Shown: positions 26,356 to 35,691, counted from the stretch's first letter. The stretch: 47,435 nucleotides of DNA from a virus (IMGVR_UViG_3300010362_000003:1-47435); one strand, 5' to 3'. Made by a program: numbers and translations. Notes: generated by a model not told the origin, from the sequence alone.

Positions 26356-27093
26356 TCAGGTACCCGCTGGGCGGGACGCCGGCGTGGCCTCGATCTTACT
26401 ACGGATTCCTTTCCGAATCTGCCGCTGGACCGCTCGCTTGGACATGCCGAGCCGGCGGGCTATTTCCCCCGGCCTAAACCCTTTTGCATACAGAGTTTCA
26501 ATCGTCTCCAGAACCACCGGTTTCCCCCCGAGCCAGGGCGGCACCCTGACTGTGCCGACCCGGAGCGTGATCCAGACGAGCCCGAGCTCGCGCTCGAGGG
26601 CGGCCCGATCGGAGAGCTGACGCGGCTCGCCGTCGACGAGCGTCTGCCGAATGAGTCGGGCACGGGCTGAATTCGCGTCCTCCAGGGCGCTGAGAGCCCT
26701 CCTGACGGCCCGGTAGCTCCCGTGCCTGTCCTGCACCTGGATCGCCCGCTCCCAGCCGTACGGGGCTTCCTGTGGGCTCGCCTCCTCGGGCCGGCGCGCA
26801 GCGCTCGCGCGCGGGAGCTCCGCCGCCTCGACGAGGCGGAGCCCGAGGTAGCGGTCCCAGGGCTCGTCGCCGTGGCGGCGACGCCGCCAGCCGTCGCCGT
26901 CGCAAACCAAGCACAGCATCCAGCCGCGCTTGGTTCGGACCTCGCCGGTCTGCCGGCAGGGCTCGCAGGGGACGTATCGGGAGGCAGCTGGGCCGGAGAG
27001 GGGCTCGAGGCAGGTCCGCGGGCGCGGATACGGGTCGTTCATCGATGCGAGCAGGGTTCTGACCTGCTCGACACGCTCAGCGAGGTCGGACAT
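26356..27093 (-). CDS. Zinc-finger plus C-terminal HTH regulator (Q-like antiterminator or late activator?)
   Basis: CEPCRQTG..CLVCDGDG; GFRPGEIARRLGMSKRAVQR. Confidence 0.6.
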   Translation of the reverse strand: MSDLAERVEQVRTLLASMNDPYPRPRTCLEPLSGPAASRYVPCEPCRQTGEVRTKRGWMLCLVCDGDGWRRRRHGDEPWDRYLGLRLVEAAELPRASAARRPEEASPQEAPYGWERAIQVQDRHGSYRAVRRALSALEDANSARARLIRQTLVDGEPRQLSDRAALERELGLVWITLRVGTVRVPPWLGGKPVVLETIETLYAKGFRPGEIARRLGMSKRAVQRQIRKGIRSKIEATPASRPAGT

Positions 27094-27129
27094 GAGGCCT
27101 CCCCGAGCGGACTACTGGCCGCCGCGAGA

Positions 27130-27387
27130 TTACATGTCGCGCCGGCGCTTCGCGTTGTGCGTCCAGGCGTGGACGGTCGCGGAGCTGACGCCGAGCGCGT
27201 CGGCGATGCCGCGCGCCGAGCAGCCGTCGTCGCGGCAGTCGAGCACGAAGTCTTCGACCTCGTCGACGAACCAGCGCGCGTTCACCTCGGCCCGCTCGCG
27301 CCCGAGCAGAAGCGACCGTAGACGCCGTAGTTCGCGTTCGGTCAGAGGCCGGCCGGGTCTGACCACGCCGGGAACGCTAGCCTGCAC
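27130..27387 (-). CDS. HTH DNA-binding protein (start uncertain)
   Basis: GCSARGIADALGVSSATVHAW. Confidence 0.7.
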   Translation of the reverse strand: MQASVPGVVRPGRPLTERELRRLRSLLLGRERAEVNARWFVDEVEDFVLDCRDDGCSARGIADALGVSSATVHAWTHNAKRRRDM

Positions 27388-27504
27388 GCGGGCAGCCTAA
27401 CCGTTCGGATAGGCGAATGATCGGCCAAGCAAACCTCGCTCGCAGCGGGCTTTCGGTCCGACAGTTCTCACAACCTGGTGCCCCGACAGTGTTATCCTCG
27501 CCGC

Positions 27505-27760
27505 TCAACCAGGAAGTGACGATCAGCACGACGACTGTCGCCCTGAGGAAAACCAAGGCGACTGAGGCAGGGGGCCAGCCGGGGTCCCGGTAGACGCAGG
27601 AATCACCGGCTGCGGCCTTCGGCAGAGCCCCCTGCTGCTAGCCCGAGGAGGCGCTCGAGTTGCCGCGTCAAGCTGCCTGCATTCGTGCGGGCTTCAGCAC
27701 CAGTAAAGCACCAGATGTCTGGCTAGCAGGCACCGCTAAGCGAAAGCTTCTTTTCTCTCC
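27505..27760 (+). ncRNA. Candidate structured ncRNA (about 250 nt)
   Basis: Upstream TG-T-TATCCT; several 7-9 bp nested stems; UUCG and GAAA loops; pyrimidine tail. Confidence 0.45.
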
Positions 27761-27832
27761 TTATTTGTTAACGGATAGTGTGAAATTGGTGTCGACAAAT
27801 CCGGGTTTTTCTGCTTGGCTTTCTTCTCCCGA

Positions 27833-28123
27833 ATGACCCCCAAGTCGACGAGCAGCGCAGGCCAGAACGGCTTCCCAGGCAGGGTCCGGTGGCACCGCGA
27901 GCGACAAATGTGGACGCAGCGGACCTGCGCCGAGCAGACCGGTCTCAGCTACCGGACGCTCCAGAACTGGGAGGAAGGCATGAGCCGGCCACACCCCGGC
28001 AGTTGGCAGCTACGACGGCTGGCCGAGGCCTTCCGCGTCACGCCTGCGCGTCTGCTCTTTGGAGAGGAGAGCCCGCATGCCCACGGTGCAAGCGCACATC
28101 GAAAAGGTTCAGCAGTCCGGTGA
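27833..28123 (+). CDS. XRE-family HTH protein (Cro/repressor-like)
   Basis: WTQRTCAEQTGLSYRTLQNWEEG..P..LRRLAEAFRVT. Confidence 0.8.
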   Translation: MTPKSTSSAGQNGFPGRVRWHRERQMWTQRTCAEQTGLSYRTLQNWEEGMSRPHPGSWQLRRLAEAFRVTPARLLFGEESPHAHGASAHRKGSAVR

Positions 28124-28640
28124 GTGGTTCCGGATCCTGACCGACGACGAGACCGTCAAGCGCCTCGACACGAAGATCCGCGCCAAAGCCGACGAGGCGC
28201 TGGCGCTCAGAAAGAGCGGCGAGCTCGCCGTGATCCAGTTCACGTCGCGGCCGAAGACGCTCGACGACGGCCGCACGTTCCAGAACTACTACTACGAGCA
28301 GGCGACCTCCGCCGGCGGCTCGAGCTCGAACGGCGACGGGATCGAGGTCGTCGAGCAGACCTCACGCCGCACCGCCCCCGGCGACGCGTGGCGGATCTCG
28401 CTCGCAGCCGGCGCGAAGCTCGCCGTCGCGACGCTGCCCTTGCTGCCGACCGACCAGCGCGACCTCGACTCGCAGTTCCGGCTCGCCTACTGGTGGGGCA
28501 GGAAGCTCTTCTTCACGCCGGCCCCGGCGAACGAGGGCGGCTTCTCGAACCAGCCGGCCGGCGAGCCGAGCATCCCGCCGACCGACGGGCTCGACGACTT
28601 CGACCTGCCGAGCCCCGATTCCGACATCCCCTGGGACTAG
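28077..28640 (+). CDS. Putative ssDNA-binding protein
   Basis: OB-like N-terminus and acidic ..DSDIPWD tail; GAGGAG RBS. Confidence 0.5.
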   Translation: MPTVQAHIEKVQQSGEWFRILTDDETVKRLDTKIRAKADEALALRKSGELAVIQFTSRPKTLDDGRTFQNYYYEQATSAGGSSSNGDGIEVVEQTSRRTAPGDAWRISLAAGAKLAVATLPLLPTDQRDLDSQFRLAYWWGRKLFFTPAPANEGGFSNQPAGEPSIPPTDGLDDFDLPSPDSDIPWD

Positions 28641-28958
28641 ATGACTGCCGTCGAGCCGCACTACACGGCGCGGGCCCTGCTGCGCGAGATCCAGCGCCGT
28701 GGCGGACGCATCTACCGGCTGCCGCTCAACTCCGTCTTCGTGCTGACGACCGACCCGGAGCTGGCCGAGTGGCTGCGGGATCTGGGCGCGCGCTCGTTCA
28801 CGCCGGCCGGCATGGACGTGGGCGTCGACGGCGGCTACTGGCGCGCAGCCGGGATCAGAGAATGGGACTTCTACGTGCACACGATCCCGGTGCGCGGCGA
28901 GCAGACGATCCACGAGGCGGCGAAGCGGAACAAGAACGTCGAGTACGAGACGGTATGA
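28641..28958 (+). CDS. Hypothetical protein
   Basis: TAGATG coupling. Confidence 0.6.
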   Translation: MTAVEPHYTARALLREIQRRGGRIYRLPLNSVFVLTTDPELAEWLRDLGARSFTPAGMDVGVDGGYWRAAGIREWDFYVHTIPVRGEQTIHEAAKRNKNVEYETV

Positions 28959-29851
28959 GCCCCGTCCTCGACATCTCCGGCATCGACGCGATCGTCCACG
29001 AGGTCGCCCAGAGCTCGAGCCCGCTGCATTGGAACCTCGGTGACTACCTGAACCACTGGTCGCCCTCGAGCCTGACCCAGTTCCGGCGCTGCCCGTACCA
29101 GTGGCAGCAGGTGAAGATCAAGGGCCGCAAGGAGCGGCCGGCGGAAGCGCCGTTGACCGGCAGCGCCGTCCACGTCAGCCTAGAGCGCAACTTCGGCCAG
29201 AAGATCAGCTCGCACGAGGACATCGCGCTCGCGGAGCTCCTCGGCTGGTACGACGATGTCGGCTTCCCGCAGACGGTGCAGATCGAGCAGGAGCGGGCCG
29301 GCAAGGAGGTCGACTGGAAGACGAGCCCCGACAAGGCGCGAGCGCGTGGCCGCAGCATGCTGGGCTCCTACCACGAGAAGGTGTCGCCGCGGATCCAGCC
29401 GACCGGCGTCGAGCAGAAGTTCGAGACCTCCGAGTTCGGGCTCGCCGTGCCGGTGATCGGCTACCTCGACATCGCCCAGCAGAGCTCGACCGTCGACGTG
29501 AAGACCGGCAAGCGCAAGTACACCGCCGCGCGCGAGGACTGGCGCATGCAGGGCGGTGTCTACAACTTCGTCCAGGACCGGCCGGTTGAGTTTCATTCCG
29601 TCTCGATCACCGACGCCGGCACCGTCAGCGTCGTGACGCCGCTCGAGAGCGAGGCGCTGATCGTGCACCTGAGCCACGCCGAGCGCCAGCTGCTCGTGCA
29701 GCGCGTGCGCGCCATCTCGGCCGAGGCCTGTTTGTATATGGAGCTCTACGGCCCCGAGCTCGACTGGCCGATGCACGGCGTCGATCACAGTTGGAGCTGC
29801 CAGTACTGTGGCTTTCGTCCTAGTTGCCCGGCGTGGCAAGGGAGAGAGTGA
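28955..29851 (+). CDS. PD-(D/E)XK (RecB/Cas4-like) exonuclease
   Basis: SPSSL..CP, GSAVH, GYLD..DVKTG, Q..VY, C..C.....C. Confidence 0.85.
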   Translation: MSPVLDISGIDAIVHEVAQSSSPLHWNLGDYLNHWSPSSLTQFRRCPYQWQQVKIKGRKERPAEAPLTGSAVHVSLERNFGQKISSHEDIALAELLGWYDDVGFPQTVQIEQERAGKEVDWKTSPDKARARGRSMLGSYHEKVSPRIQPTGVEQKFETSEFGLAVPVIGYLDIAQQSSTVDVKTGKRKYTAAREDWRMQGGVYNFVQDRPVEFHSVSITDAGTVSVVTPLESEALIVHLSHAERQLLVQRVRAISAEACLYMELYGPELDWPMHGVDHSWSCQYCGFRPSCPAWQGRE

Positions 29852-30255
29852 TGCCCGCCACCGCCGAGCGCCGCCGCGAGCTCTCTCTTCTGAAGCGCCG
29901 CCGCACGACTGAGTACGGCTGCTGGGAGTGGACGGGCTCGATCATGCCGAGCACCGGCTACGGCCAGTACCGCACCGACGACACGAACTTGCTCATCCAC
30001 CGCGTCGCCTACGAGCTCTACGTCGGGCCGCTTCCTGAAGGCGCACACATTCATCACGTCTGTCTGAACCGGCGCTGCTTCAACCCAGAGCATCTAGAGC
30101 TGACGACGATTGAAGAGCACCCGCGCATTCACTCGTCGCCAACCTGCGTCGCCTGCGGTGCCGACGACTGGTACTACCGCCCGAACGGCTGGCGTCGCTG
30201 CCGGCCGTGCCACGCACGAGCCGAACGCCTGCGGCAGAGACGACGGCGTGACTAA
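29851..30255 (+). CDS. Free-standing HNH homing endonuclease
   Basis: CWEWTG..GYG..HRVAY..HHVCLNRRCFNPEHL. Confidence 0.85.
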   Translation: MPATAERRRELSLLKRRRTTEYGCWEWTGSIMPSTGYGQYRTDDTNLLIHRVAYELYVGPLPEGAHIHHVCLNRRCFNPEHLELTTIEEHPRIHSSPTCVACGADDWYYRPNGWRRCRPCHARAERLRQRRRRD

Positions 30256-30628
30256 CCAGGGCAACCTCTTCGACGACGGGCTCAGCGACCCCGGCGAGAA
30301 CAAGCCTGGGCTTCACCAGCGCCCCGGCGACGCCGCCGAGACGCAGCGCAAGTCCGCCTACGAGGTGATGCCGGCGACGGGCACCTGGCGGCGACGCGTG
30401 CTGCGCGCGGTCTGGCAGGCCGGTGAGGACGGCGCGACCGACGACGAGCTGCAGGTGCTGCTCGACCTGAACCCGTCGACCGAGCGCCCGCGCCGCGTCG
30501 AGCTCTGCGACGGCGGCTGGATCGAGGACTCGACCCGTCGCCGCAAGACGCGCTCCGGCTGCTCCGCCGTCGTCTGGACGTTGACCGAGGAGGCCCAGAG
30601 GAGGCTCCCATCACACTCCCGGCACTAG
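30248..30628 (+). CDS. Winged-helix-like protein
   Basis: GATDDEL..RPRRVEL..GWIEDS..RKTRSG..A.VW. Confidence 0.6.
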   Translation: MTNQGNLFDDGLSDPGENKPGLHQRPGDAAETQRKSAYEVMPATGTWRRRVLRAVWQAGEDGATDDELQVLLDLNPSTERPRRVELCDGGWIEDSTRRRKTRSGCSAVVWTLTEEAQRRLPSHSRH

Positions 30629-31293
30629 ACGAGTACGTCGCCAAAGGCGTCAAAGGCCAGCCCTATCGGGTCGGCCCGCGCTGCTCGAACCCGAACTGCG
30701 ACCGGATCGCGGAGCATGCGCATCACATCCTCAGGCGCTCCTACCTGGCCGGCGCGTACGACTGGATCGAGATCGACGGCTGGATCGTCGGCAACAAGAC
30801 CGGGCTCTGTGTCCGCTGTCACGCCGACGTGACCGGCGATGTCGGCGGCCATGTCGCCGCGATCCGGATCGATCGCGAGCACCAGGTCTTCCAGTGGTGC
30901 CTCGTCTCGAGCTCAGGCGGTGCCGTCGACTACATCTTCGCGGGCCTCTTGGACCCGCAACCCCCGACGCCGGAGTCGCTGCCGTCAGGTGAGTGGGCTA
31001 CTGGTCGACCGGAGTCGGAGGGCTGCCCGCTCTGCGGGCACAAAGAGCGGGCGCGACGGGGTTCCTCGAGCCTTCCGCGTCGCGCCCGCAAGTCCTGGCA
31101 GGTGCTCGTCCCCGACGACGAGCAGGAGAACGGAGCCGAGGTCTTGGACACGCTCGTCGAGAACCTCGCGCCGCTGATCCCGAACGCTGACAGCTCGAGG
31201 ACGGGCCGCTTCTACGTCTTGGTTCCGGTGCTCGCGTTCGCGACGATGGAGAGCGAGCGCTTCGTCGCGACGATGGAAGGCGTCGGCGGGTAG
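30610..31293 (+). CDS. HNH-like nuclease-domain protein with probable ATC start
   Basis: Frame extends upstream of 30829 through CSNPNC..HAHHILRRS..N..LCVRCH; GAGGAGG lies 5 nt before ATC 30610. Confidence 0.6.
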   Translation: MTLPALDEYVAKGVKGQPYRVGPRCSNPNCDRIAEHAHHILRRSYLAGAYDWIEIDGWIVGNKTGLCVRCHADVTGDVGGHVAAIRIDREHQVFQWCLVSSSGGAVDYIFAGLLDPQPPTPESLPSGEWATGRPESEGCPLCGHKERARRGSSSLPRRARKSWQVLVPDDEQENGAEVLDTLVENLAPLIPNADSSRTGRFYVLVPVLAFATMESERFVATMEGVGG

Positions 31294-31367
31294 GTGACGT
31301 GGTGGCAGTGGGCCGTCGTTATCGCGCTCTACAGCGTCTTCGTCGTCACGGGTGGAGCGCGCCGACC

Positions 31368-31616
31368 GTGAGCTACGACCCGAGCTCGCGCTACTACGTC
31401 GGCGGCGTCACCGGCTACCACATCGGCCACGCCGGCTTCGAGAGCTACGGCGGCATCGGCAGAGGCGCACCGACGATCTGGTACGTGCTCGACAGCGTGC
31501 CGCCACGCACGTCGTGGCGGATGGGTCCCGGCGAGAGCGGCCGCAGCGAGGCCGAGCTGGTCGCCGGGATCTGGAACCGCGACGAGGTCGCCTGGTGGAC
31601 GGCAGTGTCGAAGTGA
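31368..31616 (+). CDS. Hypothetical protein
   Basis: MSYDPSSRYY..; GTGA coupling. Confidence 0.55.
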   Translation: MSYDPSSRYYVGGVTGYHIGHAGFESYGGIGRGAPTIWYVLDSVPPRTSWRMGPGESGRSEAELVAGIWNRDEVAWWTAVSK

Positions 31617-31849
31617 GCGCGTGCCGCTCCTGCGGAGCCGAGATCATCTGGGCGCTGACCGAGAACGGCAAGCGGATCCCGCTCGACGCGGAGCCCTACG
31701 CCGGCGACAGCCCGAGCGGCCTGTTCGTGCTGCGCCAGTTTTCGGACGAGAAAACCGCGATCGCGACGACCCCGGACGCGTTCCCCGGCGAGTACCTGTG
31801 GCGCAGCCACTTCGCCAGCTGCCCGCAGGCGAAGGAGTGGCGCAAGTGA
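31613..31849 (+). CDS. Zinc-binding phage protein
   Basis: CRSCGAEIIW..GKRIPLD..SHFASCP. Confidence 0.7.
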   Translation: MSACRSCGAEIIWALTENGKRIPLDAEPYAGDSPSGLFVLRQFSDEKTAIATTPDAFPGEYLWRSHFASCPQAKEWRK

Positions 31850-32124
31850 TCGTTCGTGTCCGCGCGCTGCCGCGCGGCTTCGACGCCGACTACGCCCACC
31901 GGGTCGGGGAGAACGCCTTCTGCGCCCACTGGGACGCCGAGCACGAGGACTCGAACTGCGACAGCAACGCCGACATCGAGCTGCACGTCGCCGGCTACGG
32001 CGGCGGCAAGAACGTGCTCGTCGTGCTCTGCCGCAAGCACGCCACCCTGATCGCGGACCAGATCGTCGACGCCGTCCAGATGATCGACGGCCGCGACCTG
32101 CTCGAGATGGGGAAGGAGCGGTGA
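31846..32124 (+). CDS. Hypothetical protein
   Basis: GTGA coupling. Confidence 0.55.
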   Translation: MIVRVRALPRGFDADYAHRVGENAFCAHWDAEHEDSNCDSNADIELHVAGYGGGKNVLVVLCRKHATLIADQIVDAVQMIDGRDLLEMGKER

Positions 32125-32501
32125 ACATCGACCTGTTTGGCCCGCTCGAGGGCCAGGACTTCATCCGCGAGAAGGCGCGCAGCCGCGACTGGTGGCTGAT
32201 CGTCAACGGCGACGACCTGAACGTGATCGTCGAGGAGCGCTACTACTCGGACGAGCACTCGCACCTGCTCGAGCTGATCGTCGTGCCCTCGCGCCCGCTG
32301 CTCTCGATCGCGTTCGCGCACAAGAGCCGCATGAGCGCCGAGCAGCTCGCCGACTGCGCGATCGAGGCCGGCGCGACCTCGGACCGCGACGAGCTCGCGC
32401 ACGCGCTCGAGACGCAGGACGTGCTCTTTCCGTCTGACAACCCGTTGCTCTCGATCGTGGCAATGGAGGCCCTGCTCACGCTGCTGGGACCGGACGCATG
32501 A
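32121..32501 (+). CDS. Hypothetical protein
   Basis: AAGGAG RBS; coupled. Confidence 0.6.
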   Translation: MNIDLFGPLEGQDFIREKARSRDWWLIVNGDDLNVIVEERYYSDEHSHLLELIVVPSRPLLSIAFAHKSRMSAEQLADCAIEAGATSDRDELAHALETQDVLFPSDNPLLSIVAMEALLTLLGPDA

Positions 32502-32809
32502 GCAAGGTCGAGCGCGACAAGGGGATCAGGGGGGAAAGGGAGGTCAAGCACGTCTTCGCCTCGCGCGGCTGGACGATGCGCGGCCTCGAGGGCCAGGGCG
32601 ACCACATCGCCTTGAAGAAGACGCCCATCGGCTACGTCTCGTTGCACCTCGAAGCAAAGCGCCAGGAGCGGCTGGCGCTCCCTGCGTGGCTGCGTCAGGC
32701 GTCGGAGGAAGCGCCGGACGGGACCGTGCCCGTCGTCTGCTTCCGACAGTCGCGCGGCAAATGGTACGTCGCCCTAGCCCTAGACGACTTCCTCGAGTTG
32801 ATCGGGTGA
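32498..32809 (+). CDS. Holliday junction resolvase (Hjc-like PD-(D/E)XK)
   Basis: KGIRGERE..D..EAKRQE..W..QA..PVV.FR..W. Confidence 0.8.
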   Translation: MSKVERDKGIRGEREVKHVFASRGWTMRGLEGQGDHIALKKTPIGYVSLHLEAKRQERLALPAWLRQASEEAPDGTVPVVCFRQSRGKWYVALALDDFLELIG

Positions 32810-33009
32810 GCGACGACATCTACACGATCCCGCCGGCCTTGCCCGAGACGGCCTGCTGGTGGCCGGGATGCGCAAGCCTGAACGAGAGCGGCGACTGCAA
32901 ACGCGAATGCCCGCTCGCCGACGACTGGATCGTCGCCTGCTCGCGCTGCGGCGCGGCCGTCGGAGCCAGCACGCTCCGCTGCCCGATCTGCGACGAGGCC
33001 GAGACGTGA
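32806..33009 (+). CDS. Small Cys-rich protein
   Basis: MSDDIY..CSRC..CPIC. Confidence 0.55.
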   Translation: MSDDIYTIPPALPETACWWPGCASLNESGDCKRECPLADDWIVACSRCGAAVGASTLRCPICDEAET

Positions 33010-33299
33010 AGAGCAATGTCCCCAGTCCCGCCGGTGCCACCGCCGACGCCGCCGCCCCCTCCCCCAACGGGATGCAGAAGCTGCCGTGGGAGTCGGCGCT
33101 CTACGCCGCCGTCCGCGAGCGCGAAGCCGAGATCGAGAAGCTGCGCCGCGAGCGGGCCGAGCTCCTGCTCGCAAACCACCGCCAGCGCGAGGCGCTCCGG
33201 CAAGCGCGCGGCCGGCTCGAGAACTGGAAGCTCCGGCAGGCGGCGTGGCGCAGAGAGCGCGCGCACCTGCTCGCGGAGCTCCGGAAGAAGAAATTTTGA
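33006..33299 (+). CDS. Coiled-coil hypothetical protein (start uncertain)
   Basis: GTGA coupling. Confidence 0.55.
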   Translation: MKSNVPSPAGATADAAAPSPNGMQKLPWESALYAAVREREAEIEKLRRERAELLLANHRQREALRQARGRLENWKLRQAAWRRERAHLLAELRKKKF

Positions 33300-33562
33300 T
33301 TTCGATCAACGGCAAGATTCTCGTCGAGAAGGAGGCGCTGCTGGCGCTCGCCACCAGACGCCGGCAGTGGGAGACGGTCGCGAACGGGCTCCGGCAGCGG
33401 CTCGACGACGAGCACGTGCTGCTGGTGCGAGCACTGCACGAGCTCGCCGGCGCGCGCGGCGCGAAAGACCATGCGAACTTCGCGGACAAGTGGCTGAAGC
33501 AGGCGCGCGAGCCGTTCCGCGAATCCTGGCGTCACGACGGCGGACGGATGAAACCGAGATGA
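33296..33562 (+). CDS. Hypothetical protein
   Basis: TTGA coupling; MISINGKIL.. Confidence 0.55.
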   Translation: MISINGKILVEKEALLALATRRRQWETVANGLRQRLDDEHVLLVRALHELAGARGAKDHANFADKWLKQAREPFRESWRHDGGRMKPR

Positions 33563-33853
33563 GAAAGAGCCCCGCCCACCAGCCCGTCGAGGAAGGAGGT
33601 AGAGGCTCGAGCAAAGCGTAGCCGGACAAGGCGACTCGCGAGTACAGCGACTGACGTAAGGCCGCGAACGAGTACGTCCTGCCCAACGGGACCGTGCCAA
33701 GGCATGGAACGTGGCAGGCCTCCGCACCGACAGTGGACTCGATCTGTGAACACCACGCGTGCAGAGGAATCTCGCTCGCACCGGGGGCGTCGAGGAGCGA
33801 GGAAAGCACCGCTAGCAAGGCCGGAGCACTGCATCCCGAGGGGAGGCCTGACC

Positions 33854-34375
33854 GTGCGACAACTGACCGTGCGAGGAAGACGAGAGCGACGCAAACGGAA
33901 CAGAGGGGAGTGGAGGAAACGCTACGAAGAAGTCATGAACTCAGACGGCTGGCGAAGCCGGCGACTACTCGCGCTGCATCGCGCCAGCTCCAAGTGCGAA
34001 GAGTGCGGGAGCGAGGACCGGTTGCATGTCCATCACCTGACGTACAGGAATTTCGGCAACGAGCTGCCGGAGGACCTGCAGGTTCTCTGCGAGTCGTGCC
34101 ATGTGAAGAAGCACCAGAAACCGAAGAGGCCGAAGGCCCGGAAGCCGGCACGGCCAAAGCCTTCCAAAATGATCACGAGCAGACAGAAGGCGTTCGCGAA
34201 GCCGAGAGCTCTGCCGACTCAGGCTGAAGTGAAGGAGATGATGATCCAGCAGACGGCGAGATGGGTCGCAGCTCCGCCGAGAAGATCGCGGAAGAAGATG
34301 TCGCACTGCGTGACCAGCTCTGGTACGATGGCTCAGTTCAGTCAGAACAACCAGAGAAGAGGACAACCGAGATGA
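33854..34375 (+). CDS. HNH endonuclease with basic C-terminal tail
   Basis: CEECG..LHVHHLTY..GNE..DL..LCESCH; GGGGAGG RBS before GTG 33854. Confidence 0.8.
   Translation: MRQLTVRGRRERRKRNRGEWRKRYEEVMNSDGWRSRRLLALHRASSKCEECGSEDRLHVHHLTYRNFGNELPEDLQVLCESCHVKKHQKPKRPKARKPARPKPSKMITSRQKAFAKPRALPTQAEVKEMMIQQTARWVAAPPRRSRKKMSHCVTSSGTMAQFSQNNQRRGQPR
34301..34329 (+). promoter_or_regulatory. Putative integrase promoter inside the HNH gene
   Basis: TCGCAC-17-TACGAT with extended TG, followed by the GTCAGAAC/CAACCAGAGAAG leader. Confidence 0.45.
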
Positions 34376-35691
34376 AAGAATGGACGTACCCGTTCCGGAC
34401 GGGCTCAGGCCCGCAGGACGACGCCTACTGGTTCCTGGCCTTGCGGGCCAACGGCGTCTACTACTTCTACCGCTCCGCCAAGGACAAGTTCTCCTACCAG
34501 ACCCGTGACGCCGAGACGGCGAAGCAGCTCCACTTCGAGCGCTTCGGCTCCCCGAACGGCTTCCAGGTCGCGAACAAGCGCAGGCTCACGAACGACCAGG
34601 GTTTCGAGCTCTTCTGCGCCCGGCTCGCCAAGCGCGGCAAGAAGCAGAAGACGATCGACGGCTACAAGGGCACCTGGTACCACCACATCAGCCCGATCCG
34701 CGTCGCCGGCGGCGTCACGTTCGGCTCGCGGCCGATCCACAGGACCGACGCCGAGGACATGCTGGCCGTGCTCGACGCCGCCAAGGTCGCGAAGAAGCTG
34801 GTGCTCGTCAAAGGCGGCAAGGGCCGGCGCGAGCTCTCCGACCAGGAGCTCGGCGCGAGCGCCAAGAAGCACATCGACTCCGTGCTCTCGTCGGCCTACA
34901 CCTACTTCTGCCAGCCGTCGAACCGCTGGGCGCTCGTCGACTACACGAAGCAGCTGGGCGACGACAAGCCGCCGAAGCCGGGGGCCGAGGTCGCCGGCGA
35001 GGAGGCCTGCTTCAGCCCCGAGGAGATCGACCTGATCGCGGAGCACGTCGGCCGTTCCCGTTACGCGGTCGGGCGTTACGCGGTCTGCGCCTACAAGCGG
35101 AGGGTGATCGCGCTCTTGAGCCCCGAGATCGGCACCAGGATCTCGGAGACGCTCGCGATCGAGCTCGAGGACGTGATCGTCGGGCTCGTCGACATCGCGC
35201 GCGGCGTCGAGATCAGGAAACAGCTCCACATCAAGCAGCAGATCCGCGACGGTTACAAGCCGCTCGACCGCTCGACCTGGTTCGACACGCTGAAGGGGAA
35301 GGACGACGTGCTGGGCGACCGGCCGCGCCACGTGCCGCTCTCGGACTTCGCGCGCGAGCTCCTGACCGAATACATCAACCGCGGCCTCGCGGAGGGCTGG
35401 CTGCGCCGTGGCGGGCTCCTGTTCCCGACCTCGCGCCAGACGCCGATCCCGAACACCGACATCTCGGAGCCGCTGCGCAAGTCCGCGGAGGCGGTCGGCC
35501 GGCGGGTGCGCTCGCACTACTTCCGCCACACCTACGCCTCGAACCGGATCGCGCACATGCCGATCCAGCGGCTCGCCTACTACCTCGGCCACACGCCGGA
35601 GATGACCCGCAAGGTTTACGGCCACTGGACCGACGATCCCGAGACGCTCGAGCGCGATCGCAACCTCGGCCGCAAGGCGGTGGGGTCATGA
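34372..35691 (+). CDS. int: Tyrosine recombinase / integrase
   Basis: GTRISE, HYFRHTYAS, LGH and VYGH catalytic motifs; start moved to ATG 34372. Confidence 0.9.
   Translation: MKEWTYPFRTGSGPQDDAYWFLALRANGVYYFYRSAKDKFSYQTRDAETAKQLHFERFGSPNGFQVANKRRLTNDQGFELFCARLAKRGKKQKTIDGYKGTWYHHISPIRVAGGVTFGSRPIHRTDAEDMLAVLDAAKVAKKLVLVKGGKGRRELSDQELGASAKKHIDSVLSSAYTYFCQPSNRWALVDYTKQLGDDKPPKPGAEVAGEEACFSPEEIDLIAEHVGRSRYAVGRYAVCAYKRRVIALLSPEIGTRISETLAIELEDVIVGLVDIARGVEIRKQLHIKQQIRDGYKPLDRSTWFDTLKGKDDVLGDRPRHVPLSDFARELLTEYINRGLAEGWLRRGGLLFPTSRQTPIPNTDISEPLRKSAEAVGRRVRSHYFRHTYASNRIAHMPIQRLAYYLGHTPEMTRKVYGHWTDDPETLERDRNLGRKAVGS

Noticed and set aside
28124-28954. 575-aa long form of the exonuclease
   Set aside because: The extension overlaps two better genes in other frames; the coupled ATG at 28955 fits better
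33563-34375. IscB/HEARO-type RNA-guided nuclease
   Set aside because: The protein is only 173 aa and I see no RuvC or PLMP motifs; kept only as an unexplained structured region
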